Shown here in pieces: positions 1 to 7,444 of a stretch of DNA of 64,000 bases (the first letter of the stretch is position 1; each line of letters opens with the position of its first letter). The notes under the pieces are model-generated. The model had not been told where the DNA came from. It saw only the letters and a program-made list of their open reading frames with translations, and ran no database searches. The DNA comes from an uncultured Victivallaceae bacterium (GTDB lineage Bacteria; Verrucomicrobiota; Lentisphaeria; Victivallales; GWF2-50-93). Where the stretch lies: the NCBI GenBank assembly GCA_964636325.1, contig CAZWRV010000003.1, positions 1,824-65,823 on the forward strand. The letters run 5' to 3'. The translations under genes and the position numbers were made by a program.

Positions 1-3000
1 ATCCGCGGCCAGCCGCGCCCCTACGGCGCGGGAATCGACATGGGCTGCGACGAGTTCGCCGACTCCGACAACGACGGCCTCGCCGACTGGTGGGAGCTCG
101 AACACTTCGGCGACCTCGCCGCCTCCGACGGCACCGGCGACTTCGACTCAGACACCTACTCCGACATGGCCGAATACCTCGCAGGTTCCAATCCGACAAA
201 GCCCGAGAGCAAGCCCTTGTACACCATCACATTCACCGCTTCTGCGGGCGGTGTCCTCACTTGTCCTCCAAGTCCTCCCTGTCCTCCCGCTCCTTCAATC
301 GTCCTCACCGCCCGCCACGGCTTCGACGCCCAATCCGTCACCGCCGCGCCGGACGATGGTTACCAGTTCACAGGATGGTCCGGCGCCGCAACCGGAACAA
401 TGAACCCCCTCAAAATCCGCAACGTCACCTCCGATATGTCTGTCACTGCTAATTTCGCAGTAAAAACATACACAGTAAATATTTCCGCAGGTTCTGGCGG
501 AAAAATTGAAGGTGCCGCGATTCAGGTTGTGAATCACGGCACGGACACCGCCGCAGTCGAGGCAGTGCCGGACGAAGGCTACTCTTTCATAGGCTGGTCC
601 GTCGATTACATCGGCACCGAAAACCCGCTCGCAATTCCGAACGTCACTTCAAACATGAATATCACCGCCAACTTTGAATTGAAGACTTATACCGTCACAT
701 ATTCCGCAGGGCCGGGCGGTTCGATCAGCGGCGAGTCGCCGCAGACCGTGAACCACGGCGCTGACGGCACCCCTGTCACCGCAGTTCCAGACGACGGCTA
801 CCGCTTCATAGGCTGGAGCGACGGCTCCACCGCCAATCCCCGCGCCGACGAAAACGTCACGGCGGACATAAATGTCACCGCGAACTTCGAACAGGCTTAT
901 CGGGTTGAATTCCGCGCCCTTACCGGTGGAAGGCTCATCGGCGAGGCGGTCCAGCTCGTCCCGCCCGGCGGCTCGTGCTCGCCGGTGACCGCGGTGGCGG
1001 ACGCAGGATGGCATTTTACCCGATGGATCGTGTCCGGCGACAATTATTCCATCGACAATCCCCTGACAATTTCAAACGTCCAGTCCGACATGCTTCTTGA
1101 AGCGGCATTCCATGCGGACGCCGCCGGGCTTTCCGTCAACGGCGGCAGGCTGTATACCAATTCACGGGACATCGTCATTGATCCATTGACCTGCCAGTTA
1201 CCGGAAATAAGGATAGGCTCATCCCCGACCTTGCTTGACAGCGTTGAGGTTCAGAATCCACTCGAACCATTCGTCTACACGCTCCCTGACAAAGGGGATG
1301 GCAGATATATGCTCTATTTCCAATATTATGATTCTGGAGTCTCGTGCAGCGACATCATAGGCAAATCGGTGATGCTTGACACGCTTGCGCCTTCCGTGAC
1401 TATAACACAACCAACCAATGGCGAAACCACCGACCAGGGTTATATTGATCTTCAGGCGCGGGTCTACGATCCCGACCCCGCATCGCTCGGGGAAAGCAGG
1501 CCTGGGAGTGCACTCATTGTGCGGATCAACGGCAAACCGTTCTACGCAATGGACGAGGATATTGTGAGGGACGACAGGTTCAAGCTCAATCCCGGGGAAA
1601 ACACAATAAGCGTCGAGGACGAGGACGAGGCAGGAAATATCTCGTCCGCGACGGTCACGGTGACGTGCGATCCATCAACGGATACCACGGCTCCGGCATT
1701 GTCCGATGTAAATCTCGAAGGAGTTACCGTCCTCCCCGCGAACCTCTCGAAATTCATGCTCCTCGGCGGCATCGACGACTATTTCTCAGACGTCCGCGTA
1801 ACAGTGAATGGCGGAGATCCCATAACCTGTTCCGTTTCCAAGGACTTGGCCGGGAATTGCCAGGCCAGCGCGGTTCTCCCGCTTGAAGAAGGATTGAACA
1901 GCATAGAAGTCACCGCGTTTGACGCCGCAAGAAACACGGACGTCAGGTCGTACTCCGTGGACAAATCCGACAAATACCGCATCGAAATCATATCACCCGA
2001 GGATGGAGCGTTCGCAAACGGAACCGCCACGGACGTAACGGGCTACGTGTGGGAACCTGGCTGGGGCACCCAGGACGAGGATCCGCTGGCCTCCGTGACG
2101 ATAAACGGCGTCGAGTGCGTCATCGGCAGCCCGGATACCGAAGGCAAGCGCAACTTCAGCGCCACAGTCCCGCCAGCCGCGGACGGCGCGGCCACACCAC
2201 TGAAATTCACGGTTTCAACAACAAGCGGCGCGAATGCACCCAATATGTCTCTTAGCCATCTCGACGGTTATGCGATAACAGAATGCTCGAGGACCATGCT
2301 GACATACAACGCCCCGCACAACTTCATTCACAGGTCCGAAGGCCCAGGTTGGTCGTCAGACTGGTCTATCAGAAATTCAATTGGAAACAGCACATATGAA
2401 TGGGAACCGGATTATTCTTGTGCAAAAAGCTGTTACTCTGAAGTTATTAAAACACACTGCAAATCGCCACACTTTGATGACAATGACTGGGACGATGGAA
2501 CTCCAACAGGAAATCCCGACCCGAATCCACCATCCAGTCCCAGCATCTCACCCATTTTCAAAGTCTGCGAGGAAGAGACCCTGCAAATCCCCTGCTATTA
2601 TTATTGTTGGGGGACTGATTACTATTATGAATATGCTGCATCTTCCACGTTTAATAAAACGAACACAACCCTTTCGTTAAACGTTCCGAAAAAATATCAG
2701 GACGCTGGAGCTACTAATCTTGTTTTGTATTTCAGCGGGATAGAGGGGATTCCAGATATTTCAATGCTCAAGTTCAATGGGCAATCACCGATCTTCTATG
2801 ACAATGCCGCAAAAACCGCAGGATATTTTATTCCCGCTGGAACAAAATCTATCACAGTCAGCAAAGGTTCATTTAACTGGGATGAATTACCGGAATATGC
2901 GGCTGACAGTGGAACCATTCCCTACTATCTCAGATATTTTGGTTCGTTGGTCTCATATGAATTCTTTGTAGAAAAGAAAAAGATCGAATTCAATAATTAT

Positions 3001-4041
3001 TACATTAAAGATATTATCACATTGAAATTACCACCTGCGGTTAGGCGCTTTTACAGTGAGCCAGAGGGACAAAGAAGCTATACAACAATACTTAATGTTA
3101 AGGCAAACAAAGACATGAAATATCGCCTCATCATTAGTCGAACCAACGGTTCTAAAGGTAGTGCCGTTTTCGAGTATGGTGAATTTCCTGGACAAAGAGA
3201 TATTGAATATTTGGGGAAGGGGATTGAAGAAGAAGTGAAAGTAATTGGGACCGAGGAAAGCGATTTAGAAGATAATTTATCGATTATTGTAAAGGACGAA
3301 TATTGGAATGATTTACCGAGCAACCAGATTAAAGCTTATAGAATTATTAAGAAGCCTAATGGATCAATTGAAGAAATACCCGTCGGAGCTATCAATTTTA
3401 TTGTTTTCAGTAAAATCATAAATGATTTCGAGTCTAGCGAAACTCAACATAAAGACACAAATGCTTCATGTATAAAATGCGCTAAACAACAGAATAATGA
3501 TCTTCTTCCACCTAAACATGTTCATTATGCAGTTCCTCCTGATTACGATGAAATCACGCCATGTGATCATGGTGAATATAATTTTATCTGTAAACATTGT
3601 AGCTCCAATTGTTTCAGATGTTGTTTGAAAGTTAAATATGGTGGAAATCAAGATGATTACCATGAATTAACAATTGGAGCTAAAACTGTTGAGGATGATC
3701 ATGGATTTGGGCTTTCATCATTTTCATTTAGAGAATATGTTAAAGATAAATGGAAAATCGTCCTAGGAAAAGAAGACGATCCACAATATTCATTTATCTA
3801 CGATAAAATCCCAAAAGATGGCTCTTGTGCAACAAGCATATCGACTCCCTTGAATCATGGTGTTATTACCCACGGGTGCCGCCATAATGATGAAGATGGA
3901 AATATTACAAAAGAAGAAATATTATATTGGGATCCTAAATATGCCGAAAATTGTTGGGCTGAAATGTTGGAAAAGGAAGAGGAAGTGTTACCCCCTAATA
4001 TATATATATTAGAAATATTATATAAAATGCAAAGCCAATGA
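1..4041 (+). CDS. Giant secreted/surface repeat protein, 5-prime partial, with an AT-rich C-terminal module of unknown family
   Basis: Frame 1 is open from base 1 with no stop before the ATG at 40. The upstream residues ..RPYGAGIDMGCDEF resemble the G-x-x-ID-x-G-x-x-E motif that closes parallel beta-helix surface proteins, so the gene starts outside the window. It carries Asp-rich DSDNDG / DFDSD TSP3-like motifs, four ~70-aa InlB B-repeat-like modules and Ig-like stretches (LDTLAPSVTITQP.., TAPALSDV..). From about nt 2370 the sequence becomes AT-rich, N/K/I/Y-rich and Cys-clustered with no family I recognise. Confidence 0.8.
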   Translation: MRGQPRPYGAGIDMGCDEFADSDNDGLADWWELEHFGDLAASDGTGDFDSDTYSDMAEYLAGSNPTKPESKPLYTITFTASAGGVLTCPPSPPCPPAPSIVLTARHGFDAQSVTAAPDDGYQFTGWSGAATGTMNPLKIRNVTSDMSVTANFAVKTYTVNISAGSGGKIEGAAIQVVNHGTDTAAVEAVPDEGYSFIGWSVDYIGTENPLAIPNVTSNMNITANFELKTYTVTYSAGPGGSISGESPQTVNHGADGTPVTAVPDDGYRFIGWSDGSTANPRADENVTADINVTANFEQAYRVEFRALTGGRLIGEAVQLVPPGGSCSPVTAVADAGWHFTRWIVSGDNYSIDNPLTISNVQSDMLLEAAFHADAAGLSVNGGRLYTNSRDIVIDPLTCQLPEIRIGSSPTLLDSVEVQNPLEPFVYTLPDKGDGRYMLYFQYYDSGVSCSDIIGKSVMLDTLAPSVTITQPTNGETTDQGYIDLQARVYDPDPASLGESRPGSALIVRINGKPFYAMDEDIVRDDRFKLNPGENTISVEDEDEAGNISSATVTVTCDPSTDTTAPALSDVNLEGVTVLPANLSKFMLLGGIDDYFSDVRVTVNGGDPITCSVSKDLAGNCQASAVLPLEEGLNSIEVTAFDAARNTDVRSYSVDKSDKYRIEIISPEDGAFANGTATDVTGYVWEPGWGTQDEDPLASVTINGVECVIGSPDTEGKRNFSATVPPAADGAATPLKFTVSTTSGANAPNMSLSHLDGYAITECSRTMLTYNAPHNFIHRSEGPGWSSDWSIRNSIGNSTYEWEPDYSCAKSCYSEVIKTHCKSPHFDDNDWDDGTPTGNPDPNPPSSPSISPIFKVCEEETLQIPCYYYCWGTDYYYEYAASSTFNKTNTTLSLNVPKKYQDAGATNLVLYFSGIEGIPDISMLKFNGQSPIFYDNAAKTAGYFIPAGTKSITVSKGSFNWDELPEYAADSGTIPYYLRYFGSLVSYEFFVEKKKIEFNNYYIKDIITLKLPPAVRRFYSEPEGQRSYTTILNVKANKDMKYRLIISRTNGSKGSAVFEYGEFPGQRDIEYLGKGIEEEVKVIGTEESDLEDNLSIIVKDEYWNDLPSNQIKAYRIIKKPNGSIEEIPVGAINFIVFSKIINDFESSETQHKDTNASCIKCAKQQNNDLLPPKHVHYAVPPDYDEITPCDHGEYNFICKHCSSNCFRCCLKVKYGGNQDDYHELTIGAKTVEDDHGFGLSSFSFREYVKDKWKIVLGKEDDPQYSFIYDKIPKDGSCATSISTPLNHGVITHGCRHNDEDGNITKEEILYWDPKYAENCWAEMLEKEEEVLPPNIYILEILYKMQSQ
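220..1116 (+). repeat. Four tandem ~70-aa coding repeats (InlB B-repeat / Listeria-Bacteroides repeat type) inside the giant protein
   Basis: The units are aa 61-141, 143-213, 216-284 and 287-357. Each follows the pattern Y-T/R-V-x-F/Y..G G.I......V.HG.D...TA.PD.GY.F.GWS....NP....NVTSDM.VTANF. Confidence 0.7.
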
Positions 4042-4106
4042 TTATCTTGTATCTTATGAAGTAATTTATTCTCATTTTTTAAATATATTTATGAAAGGGA
4101 TTGCTT

Positions 4107-4940
4107 ATGGTTACATGGCATTATTTTATCATAATAATTGTTCTATTTTATACATTTAATATTCAATCAGCTAATGAAAATTATTTTGATGAGAAAATCA
4201 TAATAAGCGAAATATGTATTAAAAAAGAAAATAATGAATATCCTAAATGGTTAGTATTAATTTCTAATTTGAATGAAACGATAAATCTTAAGAATTGGTC
4301 ATTAAGCGATTCGCAAAAATGCTTTTATAAATTTACTGAAAATATAAATATTGAGCCCAAGGGAATATTAATGATATGCTTTTATCCTGATGATACTCCT
4401 TCTTCAGATTTTAAAGATAAAATATCAGCTAATGTTAATCAAATAATCGATATATTCAAATGCGAGCCTTTCGATAGCAAAGGAGAATATAATATCTCAC
4501 AGATATTAATAAATAAAACTGTACCTTTATATTTGAGTTTAGGGGAGAAACAATCGATTCATGAATTAGAGCAAACAACAGGGCCAATGTATAAATGGTT
4601 TTATGATGAATCATTAAAATATATTAAAATAAACAATTATCCTGATAATTACAAATATCCTATTATGAGTATTATGTCACAAATTCCAAGAGAATATGAT
4701 GAAGTGGCATTAATTGATGACAAAAACAATCTTATTTCTTACATTAGCTGGGGGAATCAGGCAAATGTGAAGCCATCGCATGAGTTTAAATGGGAAAAAC
4801 AAGTAAAAGATAATTGTAGCTTATATAGAACTTATCCATTAACTATAAATATAAAATCTACAAATGCAATAATTTTAAAAAGGATATCTAAATCAATATT
4901 CGAATTTGAGAAGGATATAAAAAGTTCATTTTTAAAATAG
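4107..4940 (+). CDS. AT-rich hypothetical protein with an N-terminal hydrophobic anchor/signal and a possible lamin-tail-domain (LTD)-like segment
   Basis: ATG at 4107 is preceded by aaaggga; the ORF track starts at TTG 4101. The N-terminus is WHYFIIIIVLFYTF. The segment IISEICIKK..YPKWLVLISNLNETINLKNWSLSDSQKCFYKF..IEPKGILMICF resembles the LTD pattern (I.E...... e.iEL.N....vdLsgW.Lsd....y.f....l.pg....v). Its base composition matches the AT-rich tail of the upstream gene. Confidence 0.55.
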   Translation: MVTWHYFIIIIVLFYTFNIQSANENYFDEKIIISEICIKKENNEYPKWLVLISNLNETINLKNWSLSDSQKCFYKFTENINIEPKGILMICFYPDDTPSSDFKDKISANVNQIIDIFKCEPFDSKGEYNISQILINKTVPLYLSLGEKQSIHELEQTTGPMYKWFYDESLKYIKINNYPDNYKYPIMSIMSQIPREYDEVALIDDKNNLISYISWGNQANVKPSHEFKWEKQVKDNCSLYRTYPLTINIKSTNAIILKRISKSIFEFEKDIKSSFLK

Positions 4941-5214
4941 CAAGCTTGGTAATATCGCTGGGGGGAAGGGACGTTCACACTTAAGTGGCTGAAATAAAAT
5001 GGGATGCGGCGGATATGACGGCGCATGTCCGGGGGGAAGCTTGTACTTTCAGGCCGGTAAATCCACGCATCCCTATATCCACCCTAACTATATCCACCCC
5101 CGGGGCTCGGTAACATCCATAACAACAGATAGTTATGAACATAATATGCCCAGATAATAGCGTTAGAATGAAACAAAGAGGCATCCATTTGACTTTAAGG
5201 ATAGCAATGCTATA

Positions 5215-5919
5215 TTGTCCTCCATGACCACCAGCCGACAATTTCAGGGCGGGCGCAGCTACCATGTGACCCAGCGCTGCCACGGGCGGGCTTTCCTGCT
5301 GGGCAAGGACGTGGATCGGCGCGCCTACCTGAATCTGCTGTGGTCGGGCAAGCAGACGTGGCCGGTGTCGCTGCTGGCGTACAACCTGACCAGCAATCAT
5401 GTGCATCTGCTGGTGTCGGCCGAGGAGCTTGGGGCGCTGAGCGGATTCATGGCCCATGTGTCGGGAGCGATGGGCCGCAACTACAACCGCCGCAAGGAAC
5501 GGGCCGGTGCGTTCTGGGAGGGGCGTTACCGGACGACGCTGATCCAGGACGGCAGCCACCTGTCGCGTTGCCTGTTCTACATCGAGATGAACATGGTGCG
5601 GGCGGGGGTGGTGGATCATCCCCGGGAATGGCCTTGGAGCTCTTACCGGGAGTTGTGCGGGGAACGCCAGCGGTATCGGCTGCTCGACCAGGAACTGCTT
5701 TTGCGCAAGCTAGACTGCGGCCCGGACCGCGGGCTGTTCCGGCAATGGTACCGGGCCACCCTCGACCAGATGAGCGAGCGCCGGGCGGAGCTCCGCCGTG
5801 AGCCATGGTGGGCCGGAGCCAAGGTCGTAGGCGACCGCCAGTTCGTCACCCACCAGGTTGACAAGCGCCGCGCCGAGGATATCGTCGAACTGGAAGATGG
5901 CACCTGCACTTGGGCTTAA
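5215..5919 (+). CDS. HUH/Y1 transposase, IS200-like / REP-associated tyrosine transposase (RAYT)-type
   Basis: The HUH motif is in SNHVHLLVS and the catalytic-Tyr helix motif is in RCLFYIEMNMVRAGVV, followed by WPWSSY. Length is ~230 aa. No tnpB or other IS gene is adjacent. The gene is GC-rich and flanked by AT-rich DNA. Confidence 0.7.
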   Translation: MSSMTTSRQFQGGRSYHVTQRCHGRAFLLGKDVDRRAYLNLLWSGKQTWPVSLLAYNLTSNHVHLLVSAEELGALSGFMAHVSGAMGRNYNRRKERAGAFWEGRYRTTLIQDGSHLSRCLFYIEMNMVRAGVVDHPREWPWSSYRELCGERQRYRLLDQELLLRKLDCGPDRGLFRQWYRATLDQMSERRAELRREPWWAGAKVVGDRQFVTHQVDKRRAEDIVELEDGTCTWA

Positions 5920-6102
5920 AATCGATAAAATGTCCAGTAAATGAATAATGGTTTATAACTAGGTATCATATCCCGGGATGGAGTAATAAAAGTATTCAAA
6001 CTATGGGGTATTCAAACTTGCGGCTCCGCCAGAAAATATCCCGATCCGGCTTGCATTTCCTGCAATCCGCATAAAATTACATTAAATGCTTGGAGCATTG
6101 CC

Positions 6103-6500
6103 ATGAAAAGCCATTTCCGCAAGCGCAAACTCCTTCACCTTGATCGAACTGCTTGTCGTGATCGCGATCATCGCCATTCTCGCAAGCCTGCTAATGCCGG
6201 CCCTCAGCAGTGCCAGGGCAGAGGCCCGCCAGATCAGCTGCCTCAACGACATCAGGCAGCTTTATTCCGCCTCATACAACTACATCCAGGACAACAGCGA
6301 GTGGGTGCCTTTGCACGTCATGCCGGTCAACGGGAGGAACTGACCCACCTGGGTGGCGCTTCCAAGCTATCATAAATATTTGAGCGTGCCGGCCAATGAT
6401 CCCAACAAATAACGTATATTTCTTCGACGGCCACGGCACCGGGTTGCACATCAACGATCCGGAACACAGCAAGGAAGCCGCATACTGCATGTGGAAATAG
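6103..6500 (+). pseudogene. Decayed prepilin-type N-terminal cleavage/methylation (H-X9-DG / DUF1559-like) gene
   Basis: The leader MKSHFRKRK is in frame 1. The cleavage/methylation helix [24 protein letters not shown] is in frame 2, with no start of its own and a stop at 6343. The C-terminal remnant NNVYFFDGHGTGLHIND is in frame 3 and ends at 6500. It parallels [15 protein letters not shown] of the intact paralogue at 18086-18904. Total span is ~400 nt against ~820 nt for the intact gene. Confidence 0.6.
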
Positions 6501-6577
6501 ATGTCGCCGGTCGTACTAAAAAAAAGCGGCTCGGCATTTGAGGCCGAGCCGCCGTTGTGCCTCATGACGGAGACGTC

Positions 6578-7009
6578 TTATTTCTTCCCCTTGACGCTCC
6601 ACTCGTAGAGGTCGAACGTCTCGCCCTCCTTCTCGAGCTCCTTGTACTTCTTCTTGCCGGAGTATTGGACGAAGGCGTCCGTCAGATTCCAGATCACTCC
6701 GCCGAACTCGAGGTATACGCCCTTGACCTCGCCGGAGACGGAACCGACTTCCGCGTCCGAGAGGTCCAGGATGTTGGTGTCGGTGTCAGGCAGGGGTTTG
6801 CCTGTGATCGTGACGACGAGCTCCTTCTTGTCGATCTTGTTCCACTTGAACGTGATCTTCTCGACGGTCTTTTCCTTCTCGTTGTCGTCGACCTCCTTTA
6901 TCGTGAAGACGGCGGATCCGCCCTTCTCCCCCTTGGGTGTGATCTTCGCATCGCTTTTACTTATGGTATAAGATGCGGTTACGACGTTACAAACGGCTGC
7001 AAGAAAATT
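6578..7009 (-). pseudogene. 143-codon open frame with host-like codon bias but no ATG/GTG/TTG start; probable 5-prime-truncated small exported/lipoprotein gene
   Basis: My own minus-strand translation gives NFLAAVCNVVTASYTISKSDAKITPKGEKGGSAVFTIKEVDDNEKEKTVEKITFKWNKIDKKELVVTITGKPLPDTDTNILDLSDAEVGSVSGEVKGVYLEFGGVIWNLTDAFVQYSGKKKYKELEKEGETFDLYEWSVKGKK*. Stop TAA is at 6578-6580. An in-frame TAA sits at 7010-7012 directly upstream. Codons strongly end in G/C, as in neighbouring genes. It is absent from the ORF track because the only start-type codon is a GTG about 30 codons from the end. FLAAVC looks like the tail of a signal/lipobox. Confidence 0.4.
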
Positions 7010-7038
7010 TTAAATGAAGATGTGTAGATTGGCTTATT

Positions 7039-7146
7039 TTACCCCCCCCCAAGAAGTGCAGTTTTCGGGCAATAACCCTAAGGCCACAATACCCTTAACT
7101 TGGATTGACATTCTTACATGTCAAGAGAGGGAGGGGGGGGGGGTAA
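7039..7146. repeat. Inverted repeat built on homopolymer tracts: TTACCCCCCCCC ... GGGGGGGGGTAA
   Basis: The C9 run is at 7042-7050 and the G11 run at 7133-7143. The 12-nt arms at 7039-7050 and 7135-7146 are exact reverse complements, separated by ~84 nt that has stops in all three minus-strand frames. Confidence 0.7.
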
Positions 7147-7187
7147 TTATTTTCTATTTTTTTTTCAACTTCCTCAAACTCGATCAT

Positions 7188-7219
7188 CTTTGTCGTGAGC
7201 TTTGTCGCGAGCTTTGTCG
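7188..7219 (-). repeat. Three tandem 12-nt units containing CGACAAAG (read on the minus strand); copy A of a two-locus motif
   Basis: CTTTGTCG occurs at 7188, 7200 and 7212 on the plus strand with an exact 12-nt period. The same CGACAAAG x3 array with a 12-nt period occurs at 29107-29138. A perfect 8-bp hairpin GGTTGAGC-CAT-GCTCAACC lies at 7230-7248. Confidence 0.65.
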
Positions 7220-7444
7220 TCTTCCGGAGGGTTGAGCCATGCTCAACCACGGCTCAGCACCCGCCTTCGCTGGGAAGCTACGGCGCGGCAGGCGGCTTCG
7301 CCCTCCATAGGATACGTTGCACGATCCAAGGGCGACATTAATGCCGAGCTGGGGCTCGGCGTTCCCAGGGCTCGTCCGTCAGTGTTTTGTAATTGCCGCC
7401 ATACCTCTTATAGTATGTGATTTTACGGGCGCTTCCTACTCTTT

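Noticed and set aside
40-42. The ATG at 40 as the true start of the giant protein.
   Set aside because: The frame is open back to base 1 and the preceding residues continue a beta-helix-type motif. There is no signal peptide after the ATG. The gene almost certainly begins upstream of the window.
5340-5806. Alternative ORFs overlapping the Y1 transposase gene: 5340-5801 (+), 5447-5806 (-), 4981-5619 (-) and 5643-5909 (-).
   Set aside because: Only the 5215-5919 frame carries the HUH and catalytic-Tyr motifs. The others are Pro/Gly/Arg-rich shadow frames.
6103-6500. Programmed ribosomal frameshifting as the explanation for the three-frame prepilin-like gene.
   Set aside because: Two different shifts would be needed, no slippery heptamer is evident at the junctions, and about half of the gene body is missing. 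Decay is the simpler explanation.
7147-7185. A small minus-strand ORF starting at the ATG right after the CGACAAAG array (MIEFEEVEKKIENNYPPPPP..), which reads through the G11 tract. I considered it a phase-variable leader that could join the start-less ORF.
   Set aside because: All three minus-strand frames contain stop codons within the 84-nt core between the two homopolymer tracts. No tract-length change can therefore fuse it to the 6578-7009 frame.
7188-7219. The possibility that the short tandem repeats (12-nt CGACAAAG arrays at 7188 and 29107, 12-mers at 19937, 7-mers at 62623) are CRISPR arrays.
   Set aside because: The units are 7-12 nt and directly abutting, with no unique spacers. 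There are only two to four copies and no cas genes. This is not CRISPR architecture.
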